Positions 28,771-38,656 of a stretch of 64,000 bases of DNA are shown piece after piece. The first letter of the stretch is position 1; every line of letters starts with the position of its first letter. The translations under genes were made by a program, and so were the position numbers. The stretch lies in NCBI GenBank assembly GCA_040901675.1, contig JBBDYJ010000010.1:202599-266598 (forward strand). Direction: 5' to 3'. The DNA comes from Pirellulales bacterium. Its GTDB lineage: Bacteria > Planctomycetota > Planctomycetia > Pirellulales > JAICIG01. The notes beneath the pieces are model-generated. The model did no database searches, was not told the DNA's origin, and was given only the letters and a program-made list of their open reading frames with translations.

Positions 28771-31700
28771 GTGATGCGACGAACCGCTCGATTTGCGGCG
28801 GTGCCGGGCGCCCTGGCTGCCGCCTGCGGCCTGCTGTTGACCTGCGCCGTGCTGGGCGGCCTGGCTGCCCAGGAGGCCGGCCAGCGCGACCTGGCACGTC
28901 TCAAGGTCCAGGAGCAGGATCGCGCCTGGCTATCAATCCAGGGAGGCGGGCACACGGCCGCGGTGCGGGCGTTGGCCTTCACGCCCGACTCCCGCCGGTT
29001 GGCCACCGCGGGGCTCGATAAGGTCGTGCACGTCTGGGACACCTCCACGGCGGTCCGCGACCTGCGGCGGACGAGGCTCTTGGAGCGGACCATCCGCTGG
29101 CAGGTGGCGCGCGGCCTGCGAGGCAGCATCTACGCCATGGCCGCCGCCCCCGACGATGGCTTGCTGGCGATCGGCGGCTACGGGGCCTCTGGCGGCCTGG
29201 GTGAAATCCTGCTGGTCGACCCGCGACAGGGCACGCTCGTCAAGGTCCTCAAGGGACACCGGCAGACGGTTTGCTCGCTCGACTTCTCGTCCGACGGGCA
29301 GTGGCTGGCGTCGTTGGACGTGGCTGGGCAAGCCATGCTCTGGCAGCGGCCGGACTGGGAGCCGAGCCGGCTTTATGCCCAGGACGGCAGCGTGTATCCC
29401 GAGGCGACGGCCGAGTTGATCGCCCGCCAGGTGAAGCTGCGTCCGATTGCCGCCGATCGAAGCCACGTCACGTTGCCGGTGCTGGTCGGCAGCCAGCAGG
29501 CCAAGCTGACCTGGAAGCTGCAGAGGATCGCGCTGGACGACCGCAAAGATGTTGCCACTCTGCCCACGGTACACCAAGACGCGGTGACTGCTCTGGCCAC
29601 GAGCGACGACGGGGCGCGCATGGCGTCGGCCGACAACCAGGGCAACCTCTACCTTTGGGACGTCGAGAGTTCCTCGGCGGTGCGGCTAGCCAGGGGGCCG
29701 GTCGTGCTGTCGCTCGCCTTCAGTCCCGACGGCCGCACGTTGGTGGCCGGAACCGCCGTGACCGGAGACAACAGTCAACTGCAGGTGTGGGACACGGCCG
29801 CCCGGGAGCTGCGCTGGAGCCGCCCGCTCGCGGATCACGTACACGCTTGCGCGATCAGTCCCAATGGCCGGCAGGTGGCCTGTGCCGGCGGCGAGCACAA
29901 CACGATGTTCATCGGTCCGCTGGAGGATGAGGCCGCGTTCAGGACATTGGGCAGTGCTGCTCGCCGCGTGGTGAAAGTCGCCTTTGCCGACGAGCAAGGC
30001 AGTTACCGGGCGGCCTTCGGCACCACGTTCAGCGACCAGGGCTTGAAACGGGGCGAGTTGAACGATTACGGCGGCTTGGAAGGCGAGTTCGATCCGGTCG
30101 ATCTGAGCCTTTCCGGCCCGGCGCTCCAGGACGATGGCGCACCCCGGCCGCTGAACCAAGACGATTGGCTCGACACCGAGTGGTCGCGAGGCCGCTGGAG
30201 CGCAAAAAAGGTCGGCGGCAAGCTGCAGCTCTACCACGACGGCGCCGAGCGCGGCTACGTCCTGTTCGATACGAAGACCGAAGGCACCATCTTGTGCTAC
30301 TGCTGGCTGACGGACCAGCGGGGCAATCCGGTTGCCATCGCCGTGGGCACCGACTTGCAGAACAGCATTTACGTCTGCCGGCTGGCCGATCGCGGGGCCT
30401 GCCCGATCCTGCGGCATTTTCGCGGCCATCACGACTACCTCACCTCGCTGGGCGTCTCGCGCGACATGCGCTACCTGATCAGCGGCTCGGCCGACGGCAC
30501 TGTGCGCTTCTGGAACCTGGCCGATTATGCCCTGGGTCGCCAGCCGGCCGGCCGTTGGGGCGCCCAGTTCGCCGTGCGCGGCGGGCGCCTCTCTGTCGAA
30601 GCGAGCAGGCCGGCGGGGCCGCTCTTTTTCCACGGCGTCCGACAGGGGGACGTGCTGGAACGGATTCGCTGGCGCGACGGCGCCGGCGACCAGGTCGAAC
30701 AGCGGCCCGACGCGATCCTCGATCGGCTCTCGCGGTTGCCGTGGATGACGCAAGTCGTTTTTGAATTCAGCCGCGGCGGCAACGCTCGCGAGGCGTTTCA
30801 ACTGGTGCCGGCCTGGCAGCCGCTGGCCAGCCTGTTTGTCAGCGGCCAGCGAGAGTGGGCCTTCTGGACGCCCGAGGGCTACTACGATGCTTCGACGAAC
30901 GGCCACACCTTGTTCGGCTGGCAGGTGAACCGGGGCGTCGACGCCTTGCCCGACTTCTACCGGGCCGACCAGTTCCGCCGCAACCTGGAGCGGCCTGACG
31001 TCATGCAAGAGCTTCTGCCGGCGGGAAGCCTGGATGAAGCCTTCCGGCGGGTCGCCCAGGCGCCGCCGGCCGAGCCTGACCGCGTGGTCCAGGAGCAGAT
31101 CGACGTAACGCCCTGGGTCAGCATCCTCTCGCCGCGCTCCGGGGAGAAGGTGGCCGGCGGCTCGACGGCCGTGCGGGCGGTGATCGAGATGCCGCCCAAG
31201 GGCGAGTTGGCCCGCGCCAGAGTGTTCGCCAACGGCGTCGTGGCCCACAGCCAGCGGCTGGTCGAAGAGCGGGACGGCAGGCGAGGGCGCGAGCTGGTCT
31301 ACGAGTGGCAGGCCGATTTGCCCAGCGAAGAGCGGAACCTGATCCAGGTGGTGGCGGGCACCAGCGCGCAGACGGTCGGCTTCAGCCACGTGCTGGTCGA
31401 ACAGACGGACCTCGAACCGGTTGCCCAGCGGCCCGCCCGGCTGTACGTGCTGGCGGTGGGCATCGACACGTACCGGGATCCGGACGTGCAACCCTTGGCC
31501 TATTCGGTGGCCGACGCCCAGGCCGTCGTCGCCATGCTGCGCGACCGCACGGCGGGCATGTACGACCTGGCCGAGCCGACCATACTCTTGAACGACCAGG
31601 TGACGCTGACCACCTGGCGTGAATCGTTCGAGCGGTTGGGCGAGCAGCTCAAGAAGGACGCCCGCCCGGACGACCTGCTGGTGATTTTCATAGCCGGGCA

Positions 31701-32205
31701 CGGCTTTGTCGATCCGGCCAGCCAGCAGTACTACTTCGCCAGCCACGACATCACCCGCGACGACTTCGTGCGCGGGGTGTACAGCGGCTCGATTTCGTGG
31801 AAGGATTTTGAGCTATTGGCCGACGTGCCCTGCCGCAAGCTGGCCTTTCTCGATACCTGCCACGCCGGGGCCATCCAGCCGCAGCGCCGCAACCTCAAGG
31901 CGGCCATCCGCGCCTTCCAGGAGGACGTGGTTTTCACCGTGTCGGCCTCGGCCGGGCACGAGCGGTCCGAGGAAAAAGAGTCTTGGGGCCATGGCGCGTT
32001 CACTAAGACGCTGCTCGAGGCGCTGTCTGGCAAAGCGGACGAGTCGGCCGACGGCATCGTCTCGCTGAACGAGGTGGTGCAGTACGTGAAGCGCTCCGTG
32101 CCGGAGCTGACCGCCGGCCGCCAGAATCCGACGGCCGCCCCGGACGACCTGTTGCCCTACGTCTCGATCCGGCTGACGAACATGGAAACCGTGGGCTCGA
32201 ACTAG
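28771..32205 (+). CDS. Secreted WD40-repeat / PDZ-like / caspase (peptidase C14) protein
   Basis: Multiple GH...WD repeats; WTPEGYYDAS; LAVGIDTY, FIAGHG (His), FLDTCHAG (Cys), HGAFT; EF-hand-like DESADGIVSLNE. Confidence 0.92.
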   Translation: MMRRTARFAAVPGALAAACGLLLTCAVLGGLAAQEAGQRDLARLKVQEQDRAWLSIQGGGHTAAVRALAFTPDSRRLATAGLDKVVHVWDTSTAVRDLRRTRLLERTIRWQVARGLRGSIYAMAAAPDDGLLAIGGYGASGGLGEILLVDPRQGTLVKVLKGHRQTVCSLDFSSDGQWLASLDVAGQAMLWQRPDWEPSRLYAQDGSVYPEATAELIARQVKLRPIAADRSHVTLPVLVGSQQAKLTWKLQRIALDDRKDVATLPTVHQDAVTALATSDDGARMASADNQGNLYLWDVESSSAVRLARGPVVLSLAFSPDGRTLVAGTAVTGDNSQLQVWDTAARELRWSRPLADHVHACAISPNGRQVACAGGEHNTMFIGPLEDEAAFRTLGSAARRVVKVAFADEQGSYRAAFGTTFSDQGLKRGELNDYGGLEGEFDPVDLSLSGPALQDDGAPRPLNQDDWLDTEWSRGRWSAKKVGGKLQLYHDGAERGYVLFDTKTEGTILCYCWLTDQRGNPVAIAVGTDLQNSIYVCRLADRGACPILRHFRGHHDYLTSLGVSRDMRYLISGSADGTVRFWNLADYALGRQPAGRWGAQFAVRGGRLSVEASRPAGPLFFHGVRQGDVLERIRWRDGAGDQVEQRPDAILDRLSRLPWMTQVVFEFSRGGNAREAFQLVPAWQPLASLFVSGQREWAFWTPEGYYDASTNGHTLFGWQVNRGVDALPDFYRADQFRRNLERPDVMQELLPAGSLDEAFRRVAQAPPAEPDRVVQEQIDVTPWVSILSPRSGEKVAGGSTAVRAVIEMPPKGELARARVFANGVVAHSQRLVEERDGRRGRELVYEWQADLPSEERNLIQVVAGTSAQTVGFSHVLVEQTDLEPVAQRPARLYVLAVGIDTYRDPDVQPLAYSVADAQAVVAMLRDRTAGMYDLAEPTILLNDQVTLTTWRESFERLGEQLKKDARPDDLLVIFIAGHGFVDPASQQYYFASHDITRDDFVRGVYSGSISWKDFELLADVPCRKLAFLDTCHAGAIQPQRRNLKAAIRAFQEDVVFTVSASAGHERSEEKESWGHGAFTKTLLEALSGKADESADGIVSLNEVVQYVKRSVPELTAGRQNPTAAPDDLLPYVSIRLTNMETVGSN

Positions 32206-32208
32206 AGC

Positions 32209-32405
32209 AGTGTTTAGTGGTTAGTGATTAGTGTTTAGTGGTCAGAAGTCAGATGTGCCACTGCTTGGAGGCCGCCGGCCGGGTGGCTGGTGGCAAAGCG
32301 TTAGCGTGCCCCAGATTTCAGGCTGGAGGCTGAAGGCCGGAGACTGCAGGACGGCCGACAACCGTCTCCCCCCGGCGTCTCTCCTCCTTCCTCCTTCTGC
32401 CTTAG
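32209..32405. repeat. Composite of heptamer repeats with family C half-site and family B REP
   Basis: (AGTGNTT)n, GTGCCACTGCTTGGAGGCC at 32255, family B at 32280-32314, (GGCTGRA)n, (CTCCTTC)n. Confidence 0.75.
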
Positions 32406-32541
32406 ATCTCCCCCAGAGATCTTCCCTCGGATTTGCTGAATTTCCCACCCCGCCGCGTCCGAGAACAAACATACGCGCCCATACCGGATATTCCGGGCTG
32501 GCCGGGGCGCGTACCAATCCACCAGGCGGGGACTCGCCCAA

Positions 32542-33978
32542 ATGCAATGGACTTGCCGGCTGATCGCCATGACGGCGGCACTGCTCTCGTGGCAGTTGTC
32601 GGCCTTGGCCCAAACGGGATGGGCTGACGCGACCGATGCTTTCTCCGAATCCGACGGCTTTGGGGTCGAAACCGTCGGCTTCCTGGGCCACGGCCATGGC
32701 CACCGGCATCACCGGCGGCCCACGCATGGCGGAGACTGTTGCCCGCCACCGGCTTGCGCGCCGTCTATCGGGATCGGCGAAGCCCCGCTGCCCCCTGGCG
32801 TCGAGGATGGCCGCCTGCCCCCCACGGAGCCTGGTGAAGAGCCGATCGCGGTGGAACCGGCCGTGCCCGCGGTGGGCGCGTTGGCGGGGACATTCGGCGC
32901 CGCCCGCGGTCCCGAGAGCGCCGCGCCGAACATGCTGGGCGATTTTCTGGCCGGCGGCGCCTTTGCGGGAGGCGTCTCGTTCAACGCCTTCGTTTCGCCG
33001 GACAACGAAAACGTGTTCAGGATCAGCCAGCCGTACACCGACGGCCCGGTGGCGGTTCCGTTCAACTTCCACCAGTTCAAGATCGCCGACAACGAGAGCC
33101 CCTGGCCGCGCGACCGAGTGTTCACCACCTTCAACTATTACGACGACGTCGGCGACGACACGTCGATCACCCGCTACGTGCTCGGTTTCGAGCGCACCAT
33201 CTTCGACGGCTACGGCTCGATCGGCATGCGGCTGCCGTTTTTCACCGTCGACCCGGGCACCGTGGCCAACCCCTTCTTTGAAGGAGGCCGCGTCGGCACG
33301 TTCGGCGCCGGCACGAACACGCAGTCCGACGTGGGCGATCTGACGATCATCTTCAAGTATGCACACTTCATGGACCGCCGCGGCGGCGACGTATTCAGCT
33401 ACGGCCTGGCGGTGACGGCCCCCACGGGTCCGGCCACCTACGCCGACGTCGATCCGTTGTTCGTATTGGACAACGTCGATCACGACGGCACGATCCAGCC
33501 CTTTGCGAGTTTCTATCGTTCGATGGGGCGGCGGGGCTGGGACGGCTGGTTCCTGCACGGCTTTTCGTCGCTCGACATTCCCTTCGACGGCGACGACACG
33601 ACGCTCTGGTACAACGACCTGGGACTGGGCTATTACATGCGCCGCAATCCCCGCCGCGGGTTGAATGCCATCATTCCCACGATGGAACTCCACGTGAACT
33701 CGCCGCTGGGCAACCGGGTCCACGATGTCCGGCCCACACCGCGGCTGAACCAGCTTTCCGACTTGGGTCCCACGAGCTTGTTCGGCGGCTTTACGGGCGC
33801 CACCGGCCAGGTCGAGTATCACAACCAGGTCAACATGACCGGCGGCCTGACGATGCTCTTCAACCGCCGCACCGCTTTGGCCGTTGGAATGGTGGTGCCC
33901 ATGGCCGGCCCCAACCCCTACGACTATGAGGTCCAGGTCCAGTTGAACCTCTTCCGCGGCCCCTGGGGCCTCCGCTAG
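32542..33978 (+). CDS. Secreted planctomycete-type protein, probable outer-membrane beta-barrel
   Basis: Signal peptide; His/Pro-rich linker; FKIADNESPWPRDRVF motif; amphipathic strands ending YEVQVQLNLF. Confidence 0.65.
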   Translation: MQWTCRLIAMTAALLSWQLSALAQTGWADATDAFSESDGFGVETVGFLGHGHGHRHHRRPTHGGDCCPPPACAPSIGIGEAPLPPGVEDGRLPPTEPGEEPIAVEPAVPAVGALAGTFGAARGPESAAPNMLGDFLAGGAFAGGVSFNAFVSPDNENVFRISQPYTDGPVAVPFNFHQFKIADNESPWPRDRVFTTFNYYDDVGDDTSITRYVLGFERTIFDGYGSIGMRLPFFTVDPGTVANPFFEGGRVGTFGAGTNTQSDVGDLTIIFKYAHFMDRRGGDVFSYGLAVTAPTGPATYADVDPLFVLDNVDHDGTIQPFASFYRSMGRRGWDGWFLHGFSSLDIPFDGDDTTLWYNDLGLGYYMRRNPRRGLNAIIPTMELHVNSPLGNRVHDVRPTPRLNQLSDLGPTSLFGGFTGATGQVEYHNQVNMTGGLTMLFNRRTALAVGMVVPMAGPNPYDYEVQVQLNLFRGPWGLR

Positions 33979-33979
33979 G

Positions 33980-34110
33980 CGGGTGGCTGGTCAAAGCGTT
34001 AGCGTGCCCCAGGGCAAGGTTCCGCCTGCGGCGAACTTGGAGCCCCGTCAGAAGTGCCACTGCTTGGAGGTCCCGATCCCGGCGCGCCGGGAGGCCCGAG
34101 AAGCAGTGCC
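33980..34110. repeat. Family B + family C REP-like cluster between convergent genes
   Basis: GGGTGGCTGGTCAAAGCGTTAGCGTGCCCCAG; GTGCCACTGCTTGGAGG...GAGAAGCAGTGCC with internal TCCCGGCGCGCCGGGA. Confidence 0.8.
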
Positions 34111-34162
34111 TTCGAGGGTGGGCTCCGGCTTCAGAAGTATCAAGTCCTAAGGACCGAGATCC

Positions 34163-35989
34163 CTACGGTTGAGCCATGAGACTGGCTGCATCGGCCCTCG
34201 CCTTCTCGAGGCCTGGATACTTGGGATCGAGTTGCTCGACCTTGTCAAAGTCTTTGTTTGCCTGGGCCAGGGCCGATTCGTCCTTCGGGTCGGAGTTGAT
34301 GTATTTCGCCAGGTACGATAGCCCTCTGGAAAAAAACGCGTCGGCTGAGTTAGGGTTCTGGGTAATCGCGTCCGTGAAGTCTTTGATCGCCTTATCCGGC
34401 TCCCCGTTGAAGTCATAGGCAATCCCCCGGTTGATGTAGTCAACCTCCTGCGGGTCGATCTTTAGAGCCTCGGTGAAATCGCGAATAGCCTTGACCCACT
34501 CCTCGTCACGAGAATGGGCGGCACCTCGTCGGCTGTAAGCCCGCGCATTGCGATCATCGAGGCCGATCGCCTGGGTGAAGTCCGATGCTGCTTCATCGTA
34601 GAGCTCCTTTTTGAAATAGCACTCCCCTCGCAACAGATAAGCCTCAAGGCGCTCTTCTTCATTGAGTTCGCCTTCCAACAGCAAGTCATGCAACAGAAGT
34701 ATTGCCTCGTCGTACCTCATCAGGTCAAAGTCAAACCGGGCCTTCTCCAATTCTACCTGTACATCTGGCTCTCCGGTCGTCTCCCCCGTCGTCCCTTGCC
34801 CGTCCTCCGGCTTCACGTCCGTCGTCGTCCCGTCCACGGGCACGGGGTCGGTATCGTCGGGCGGCTCCTTCTCCTTACCATTCTCCGCCACCACCTTGCT
34901 GCCATTGCCAGGGTCGACCGTCTCAGCCGGAGGCCAGAAATACCAGCCGGCCAGGGCCCCCAGTGAAAAGACGGCAAAGCCCAGCGGAAGCCAGGCCCGC
35001 GAGCGCCGCCGCGGCGGCCGCGCCGCCGCGATGGTCCCGCTCTCCACCGACCGCCGCAAGTCGCCGATCATCTCGACGGTTGACCGATAGCGCTCGGCCG
35101 GATCGACCGCCGTGGCCCGCTCGATCACCGACCGCTCCGCCTCCGACAGCATCGAAAGGTCGAGCTTGCCCTCGACGATCGCGTTGACCACTTCGGTATA
35201 GATCTCGCTGTCGTAGGGAAGCTTGCCCGTCTTCAGCTCCACGTACGTCACCGCCAGCGAATACTGGTCCGTGGCCGAGCTCGGCTCGTTCTTGGTCAGA
35301 CACTCCGGCGCGACGTAGGCGATCGTGCCGGCCGCCGTGGCGGTCTTCCGCACGTCGCCCAGCATCCTCGCCAGCCCGAAATCGCACACCTGGGCCGCAC
35401 CCCCCACGATCATGATGTTGAAGGGCTTGATGTCGCAGTGCTGCACGGCGGCCAGGCCGGCCCCCAGGTTGTGCCGCGGGCTGTTCAGATAGTCGATCGC
35501 CCGCGCCGCATCCTCCATGTACCCCAGCAGCTCCTTCTGGGGTATGCCCTCGAGCCCGTCGCGCTGGCACTCCTCCAGCCGGGCGTACAGGTCCTGCTCA
35601 CCCAGGCCCATGGCGATGATCAGCTCGACCGGCCGGGCCTGCATCTTGGGGTCGAGCATCATCGTCCCCTTAAGCGTGGTGGACGATGAGACCAGCTTGC
35701 GGAGCTGATCCAGGTCGGCCTCGGCGTCGTCCAGCACGTTGCCGGCCTGGTCCTTCAACCAGTAAGCGACAATCGGCACCAGGTTGGGGTGCCGGATCCG
35801 CTTGACGAGCCCCAGGGCCTGGAACTCCTTCAGCCCCTGCTTGCCGCTGAGGCTGATGATCTTCAGCGCGGCCTCGGTGCCCCCCGGCGCGGTCGCTTTC
35901 CAGACCTCGCCAAACCCGCCCCGGCCCAGGAACTCGGACAGCCGGTAGCCGGGAACCGGCTCGTCGCTCAATTTGTACTGGCCTGGCAT
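34163..35989 (-). CDS. Hanks-type Ser/Thr kinase with TM helix and C-terminal TPR repeats
   Basis: LGRGGFGEVWKA, AALK, HCDIKPFN, DFGLA, YVAPE; TM WLPLGFAVFSLGALAGWYFW; TPRs (AYLLRG, AYSRRG, DYINRG, AFFSRG); the ORF-track extension upstream is antisense to the next gene. Confidence 0.93.
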   Translation of the reverse strand: MPGQYKLSDEPVPGYRLSEFLGRGGFGEVWKATAPGGTEAALKIISLSGKQGLKEFQALGLVKRIRHPNLVPIVAYWLKDQAGNVLDDAEADLDQLRKLVSSSTTLKGTMMLDPKMQARPVELIIAMGLGEQDLYARLEECQRDGLEGIPQKELLGYMEDAARAIDYLNSPRHNLGAGLAAVQHCDIKPFNIMIVGGAAQVCDFGLARMLGDVRKTATAAGTIAYVAPECLTKNEPSSATDQYSLAVTYVELKTGKLPYDSEIYTEVVNAIVEGKLDLSMLSEAERSVIERATAVDPAERYRSTVEMIGDLRRSVESGTIAAARPPRRRSRAWLPLGFAVFSLGALAGWYFWPPAETVDPGNGSKVVAENGKEKEPPDDTDPVPVDGTTTDVKPEDGQGTTGETTGEPDVQVELEKARFDFDLMRYDEAILLLHDLLLEGELNEEERLEAYLLRGECYFKKELYDEAASDFTQAIGLDDRNARAYSRRGAAHSRDEEWVKAIRDFTEALKIDPQEVDYINRGIAYDFNGEPDKAIKDFTDAITQNPNSADAFFSRGLSYLAKYINSDPKDESALAQANKDFDKVEQLDPKYPGLEKARADAASLMAQP

Positions 35990-36109
35990 GCCCGTTTTCT
36001 CTTGGACTGGCTGTAACAGATGTGCGGCTCTGCCGCCTTTGAGTGTAACAGGCCGTGCTACGGGGCACAGCCCGAACAGGTAAACCGTCCCGCCATCAAG
36101 GATAGGTCC

Positions 36110-36880
36110 ATGAAACGCCCACTCAGCACGCTTTTTTCCGCCGCCGTCGCCTCGACCCTGGCATTGGCCTCCCCGGCCATGGCCCAGGCCCAGCACCACG
36201 GCCATCACGGTCACCACGGCGATCATGGCCATCACGGCCACGGACATCACGGCCACCACGGATACGCCTACGGCGGCAAGCTCCATTACGGCCACGCCGG
36301 CTACCCGATCGTCTACGGCGGCTATCACGGGGCGTACCTGCGGGGCTGGGCCGATGTCTACCGCAGCCGGGGTCTGTACAACCTGTACACGTCGGAGGCG
36401 GCCGTCAATTTCGAGGAGGCCCGCAGCCGGCGGATCGACAACCATCAAAAGAAGGTCGAGACCTACTTTGCCCTGCGTGACTTGAACGCGAGCTATCGGG
36501 CCAGCCAGCGGCGGCCCGCTGCCACGCCCGAAATGGTCAGCCAGTGGAACGACTCGCGGCGGCCCCAGCGGCTGGCGCCCGAGCAGCTCGAGCCCTCCCT
36601 GGGCGGCATCCAGTGGCCGCACGCCTTGACCGACGAGGCCTTCGCCGCGTCGCGGGCCGCTCTGGAGGAGTTGTACGCCGGGCGCACGCCTTCCAACAGC
36701 GGCCTGGGCAGCCCGAGCGCCAGCGAGATCAAGAAAGCGGCCAGGCGGCTGCAAACCGAGTTGAACGCCAACGTGAAGACGCTTTCGACCGACGAGTTCA
36801 TCCAGGCCAAGAAGTTCATCGACAGCCTGGCGTACGAAGCCCGCTTCCCCGTGGTGACCGAGGGGCTGGCTTCGAATTAG
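36110..36880 (+). CDS. Secreted protein with N-terminal His/Gly repeat
   Basis: Signal peptide (PAMAQA) then HHGHHGHHGDHGHHGHGHHGHHG; GGIQWPHAL motif. Confidence 0.8.
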   Translation: MKRPLSTLFSAAVASTLALASPAMAQAQHHGHHGHHGDHGHHGHGHHGHHGYAYGGKLHYGHAGYPIVYGGYHGAYLRGWADVYRSRGLYNLYTSEAAVNFEEARSRRIDNHQKKVETYFALRDLNASYRASQRRPAATPEMVSQWNDSRRPQRLAPEQLEPSLGGIQWPHALTDEAFAASRAALEELYAGRTPSNSGLGSPSASEIKKAARRLQTELNANVKTLSTDEFIQAKKFIDSLAYEARFPVVTEGLASN

Positions 36881-36907
36881 ATCGTGCGTCGGGTGGGTGG
36901 CTGGACG

Positions 36908-36940
36908 GATAGGGGCGGCCCCAAAAGGCCGCCCCTATCG
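36908..36940 (+). terminator. Strong hairpin after His-rich gene
   Basis: GATAGGGGCGGCC-ccaaaa-GGCCGCCCCTATC perfect stem; weak U tract. Confidence 0.6.
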
Positions 36941-37011
36941 CTTTGCGCGGCCGAGTTTTGGCGTTGGTTCGTGTATCAGCTCTCAAAGCAGCGGAAGGAG
37001 GGTACTTTTCC

Positions 37012-37434
37012 ATGCAGACCAGGCAACTGAATCTGAATAAAAAGCTTTCGACTTATCTGGACCTCGTGGCCGAGTTTCCGCTGGTCTCGATTCGTTCGCC
37101 CAGGCAACTGGAGGCGGCTCAGGCTGTTGCCGACCGGCTGTTGGCCAGGGGCATGCTCGACGCCGGCGAGGAAATGTACCTCGATGCCTTGAGCGAATTG
37201 ATGGCCGCTTACGAGGACGCACATTATCCCATGCAGCCCGGAAGCGACGCCGACATGCTGCGGCACCTGATGGACGCCGCGCGGATCAGCCAGGCGGACT
37301 TGAGCCGCTCGACAGGCGTTCCCACGTCCGTGCTCTCGTCGATTCTCGCCGGCAAGACGCGGTTGGGCTCAAAAGCGTTGCGGAGCCTGGCCGACTACTT
37401 CCAGATCGACGCCGCCCTGCTGTCCTGGCGATAG
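37012..37434 (+). CDS. HigA-like antitoxin / XRE HTH (no adjacent toxin)
   Basis: YLDALSELMAAYEDAHYP...LRHLMD..ISQADLSRSTG..SVLSSILAGK; AAGGAGG RBS. Confidence 0.85.
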   Translation: MQTRQLNLNKKLSTYLDLVAEFPLVSIRSPRQLEAAQAVADRLLARGMLDAGEEMYLDALSELMAAYEDAHYPMQPGSDADMLRHLMDAARISQADLSRSTGVPTSVLSSILAGKTRLGSKALRSLADYFQIDAALLSWR

Positions 37435-37525
37435 GCGGCCACGTCGTCGTCCGGGAGATGGAAAAACAGCGGGCGGCCGGTTACTCTGGCGAGCGGTGAA
37501 GCGGGCAACCCGGGGAGCTTCGACG

Positions 37526-38593
37526 ATGGACGGTCTGGATCGGCGGGTGGTGGAACTGCGGCGTGCAATCGGCAAGCTTCCGCGCGTAGCACTGGCCCAT
37601 CTGCCGACGCCGCTGGAAGAGCTGCCGAGGTTTTCCGCCGCGCTGGGAGGTCCGCGCATCTTCATCAAGCGCGACGACTGCACGGGGCTGGCCTTCGGCG
37701 GCAACAAGACCAGGCACAACGAGCTCGTGCTGGCCCACGCCCGCGAGCTGGGGGCCGAGGTCCTGGTGTGGGGCGCGGGAGTCCAGTCGAACAACTGCCG
37801 GCAGACGGCCGCGGCCTGCGCCAAGCTGGGCCTCGACTGCCACCTGGTGCTGTCGCGCGGCTGCCATCCGGACGAGGTGCAAGGCAACTTGCTGCTCGAT
37901 TACCTGCTGGGGGCGTCCGTCGAGCTGGTCGACCTCCCGCTGGGCGCGCCGCTCTACGACCGCATTGCCCAAGTCGCCGCACAGTTCCGCGCCCAGGGCC
38001 GCAACGCCTACTGCTGGGACAACGAAGTCGTCAAGCCCCGGGCGGCGGTCAGCTATGCGCTCTGCATGGCCGAGATCCTGGAGCAGTTCGCCGCGCGCAA
38101 CACGACGCCGGGAACGATCTACGTCTCTTCAGCCGGCTCGACCGGCGCCGGCCTGCTGTTGGGCAAGGCCGCGCTCGAAGCCGACGCGCGGCTGCGGATC
38201 ATCGCTCCCATCCGCTGGCCCTGGGACCACGCCCACGACCTGGCGGACACCGCGAACCAGGCCGCCCGGCTGATCGGCTTGGAAGTCGAGGTCGATCCCG
38301 GCCAGGTCGACACCACCGATGCTTACCTGGGCGAGGGCTACGGTGTGTGTTCGCCGGAGGGATTGGCGGCGATCGACCTATTGGCCCGGACCGAGGGCAT
38401 CTTGCTCGATCCGGTCTACACGGCCAAGGCGATGGCCGCCCTGATCGACGACGCGCGTCAAGGGCGGCTGCCTCCCGATCGCCCCGTTGTTTTCATTCAC
38501 ACCGGCGGCACGCCCGCCTTGTTCGCCTACCGCGACGCGCTGGTCAAAGACGGCGCCTCGGCGGGCGGTGGCTACCGATTCAAATCTGCGTAA
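37526..38593 (+). CDS. D-cysteine desulfhydrase / ACC deaminase family PLP enzyme
   Basis: PTPLE, IKRDD, FGGNKTR, QSN, LDPVYTAK, FIHTGG. Confidence 0.92.
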   Translation: MDGLDRRVVELRRAIGKLPRVALAHLPTPLEELPRFSAALGGPRIFIKRDDCTGLAFGGNKTRHNELVLAHARELGAEVLVWGAGVQSNNCRQTAAACAKLGLDCHLVLSRGCHPDEVQGNLLLDYLLGASVELVDLPLGAPLYDRIAQVAAQFRAQGRNAYCWDNEVVKPRAAVSYALCMAEILEQFAARNTTPGTIYVSSAGSTGAGLLLGKAALEADARLRIIAPIRWPWDHAHDLADTANQAARLIGLEVEVDPGQVDTTDAYLGEGYGVCSPEGLAAIDLLARTEGILLDPVYTAKAMAALIDDARQGRLPPDRPVVFIHTGGTPALFAYRDALVKDGASAGGGYRFKSA

Positions 38594-38656
38594 ATCAGCG
38601 TGGGGACTGGGCCGTTCTTTGTGGAGTGTGCAATGGGACGTTGCGGCGCGCCGTCC

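Noticed and set aside
34163..34770. Diversity-generating retroelement target
   Set aside because: No reverse transcriptase and no template/variable repeat pair in the window
35990..36754. N-terminal extension of the kinase in the ORF track
   Set aside because: It is the antisense shadow of the His-rich gene; kinase motifs begin right after ATG 35989
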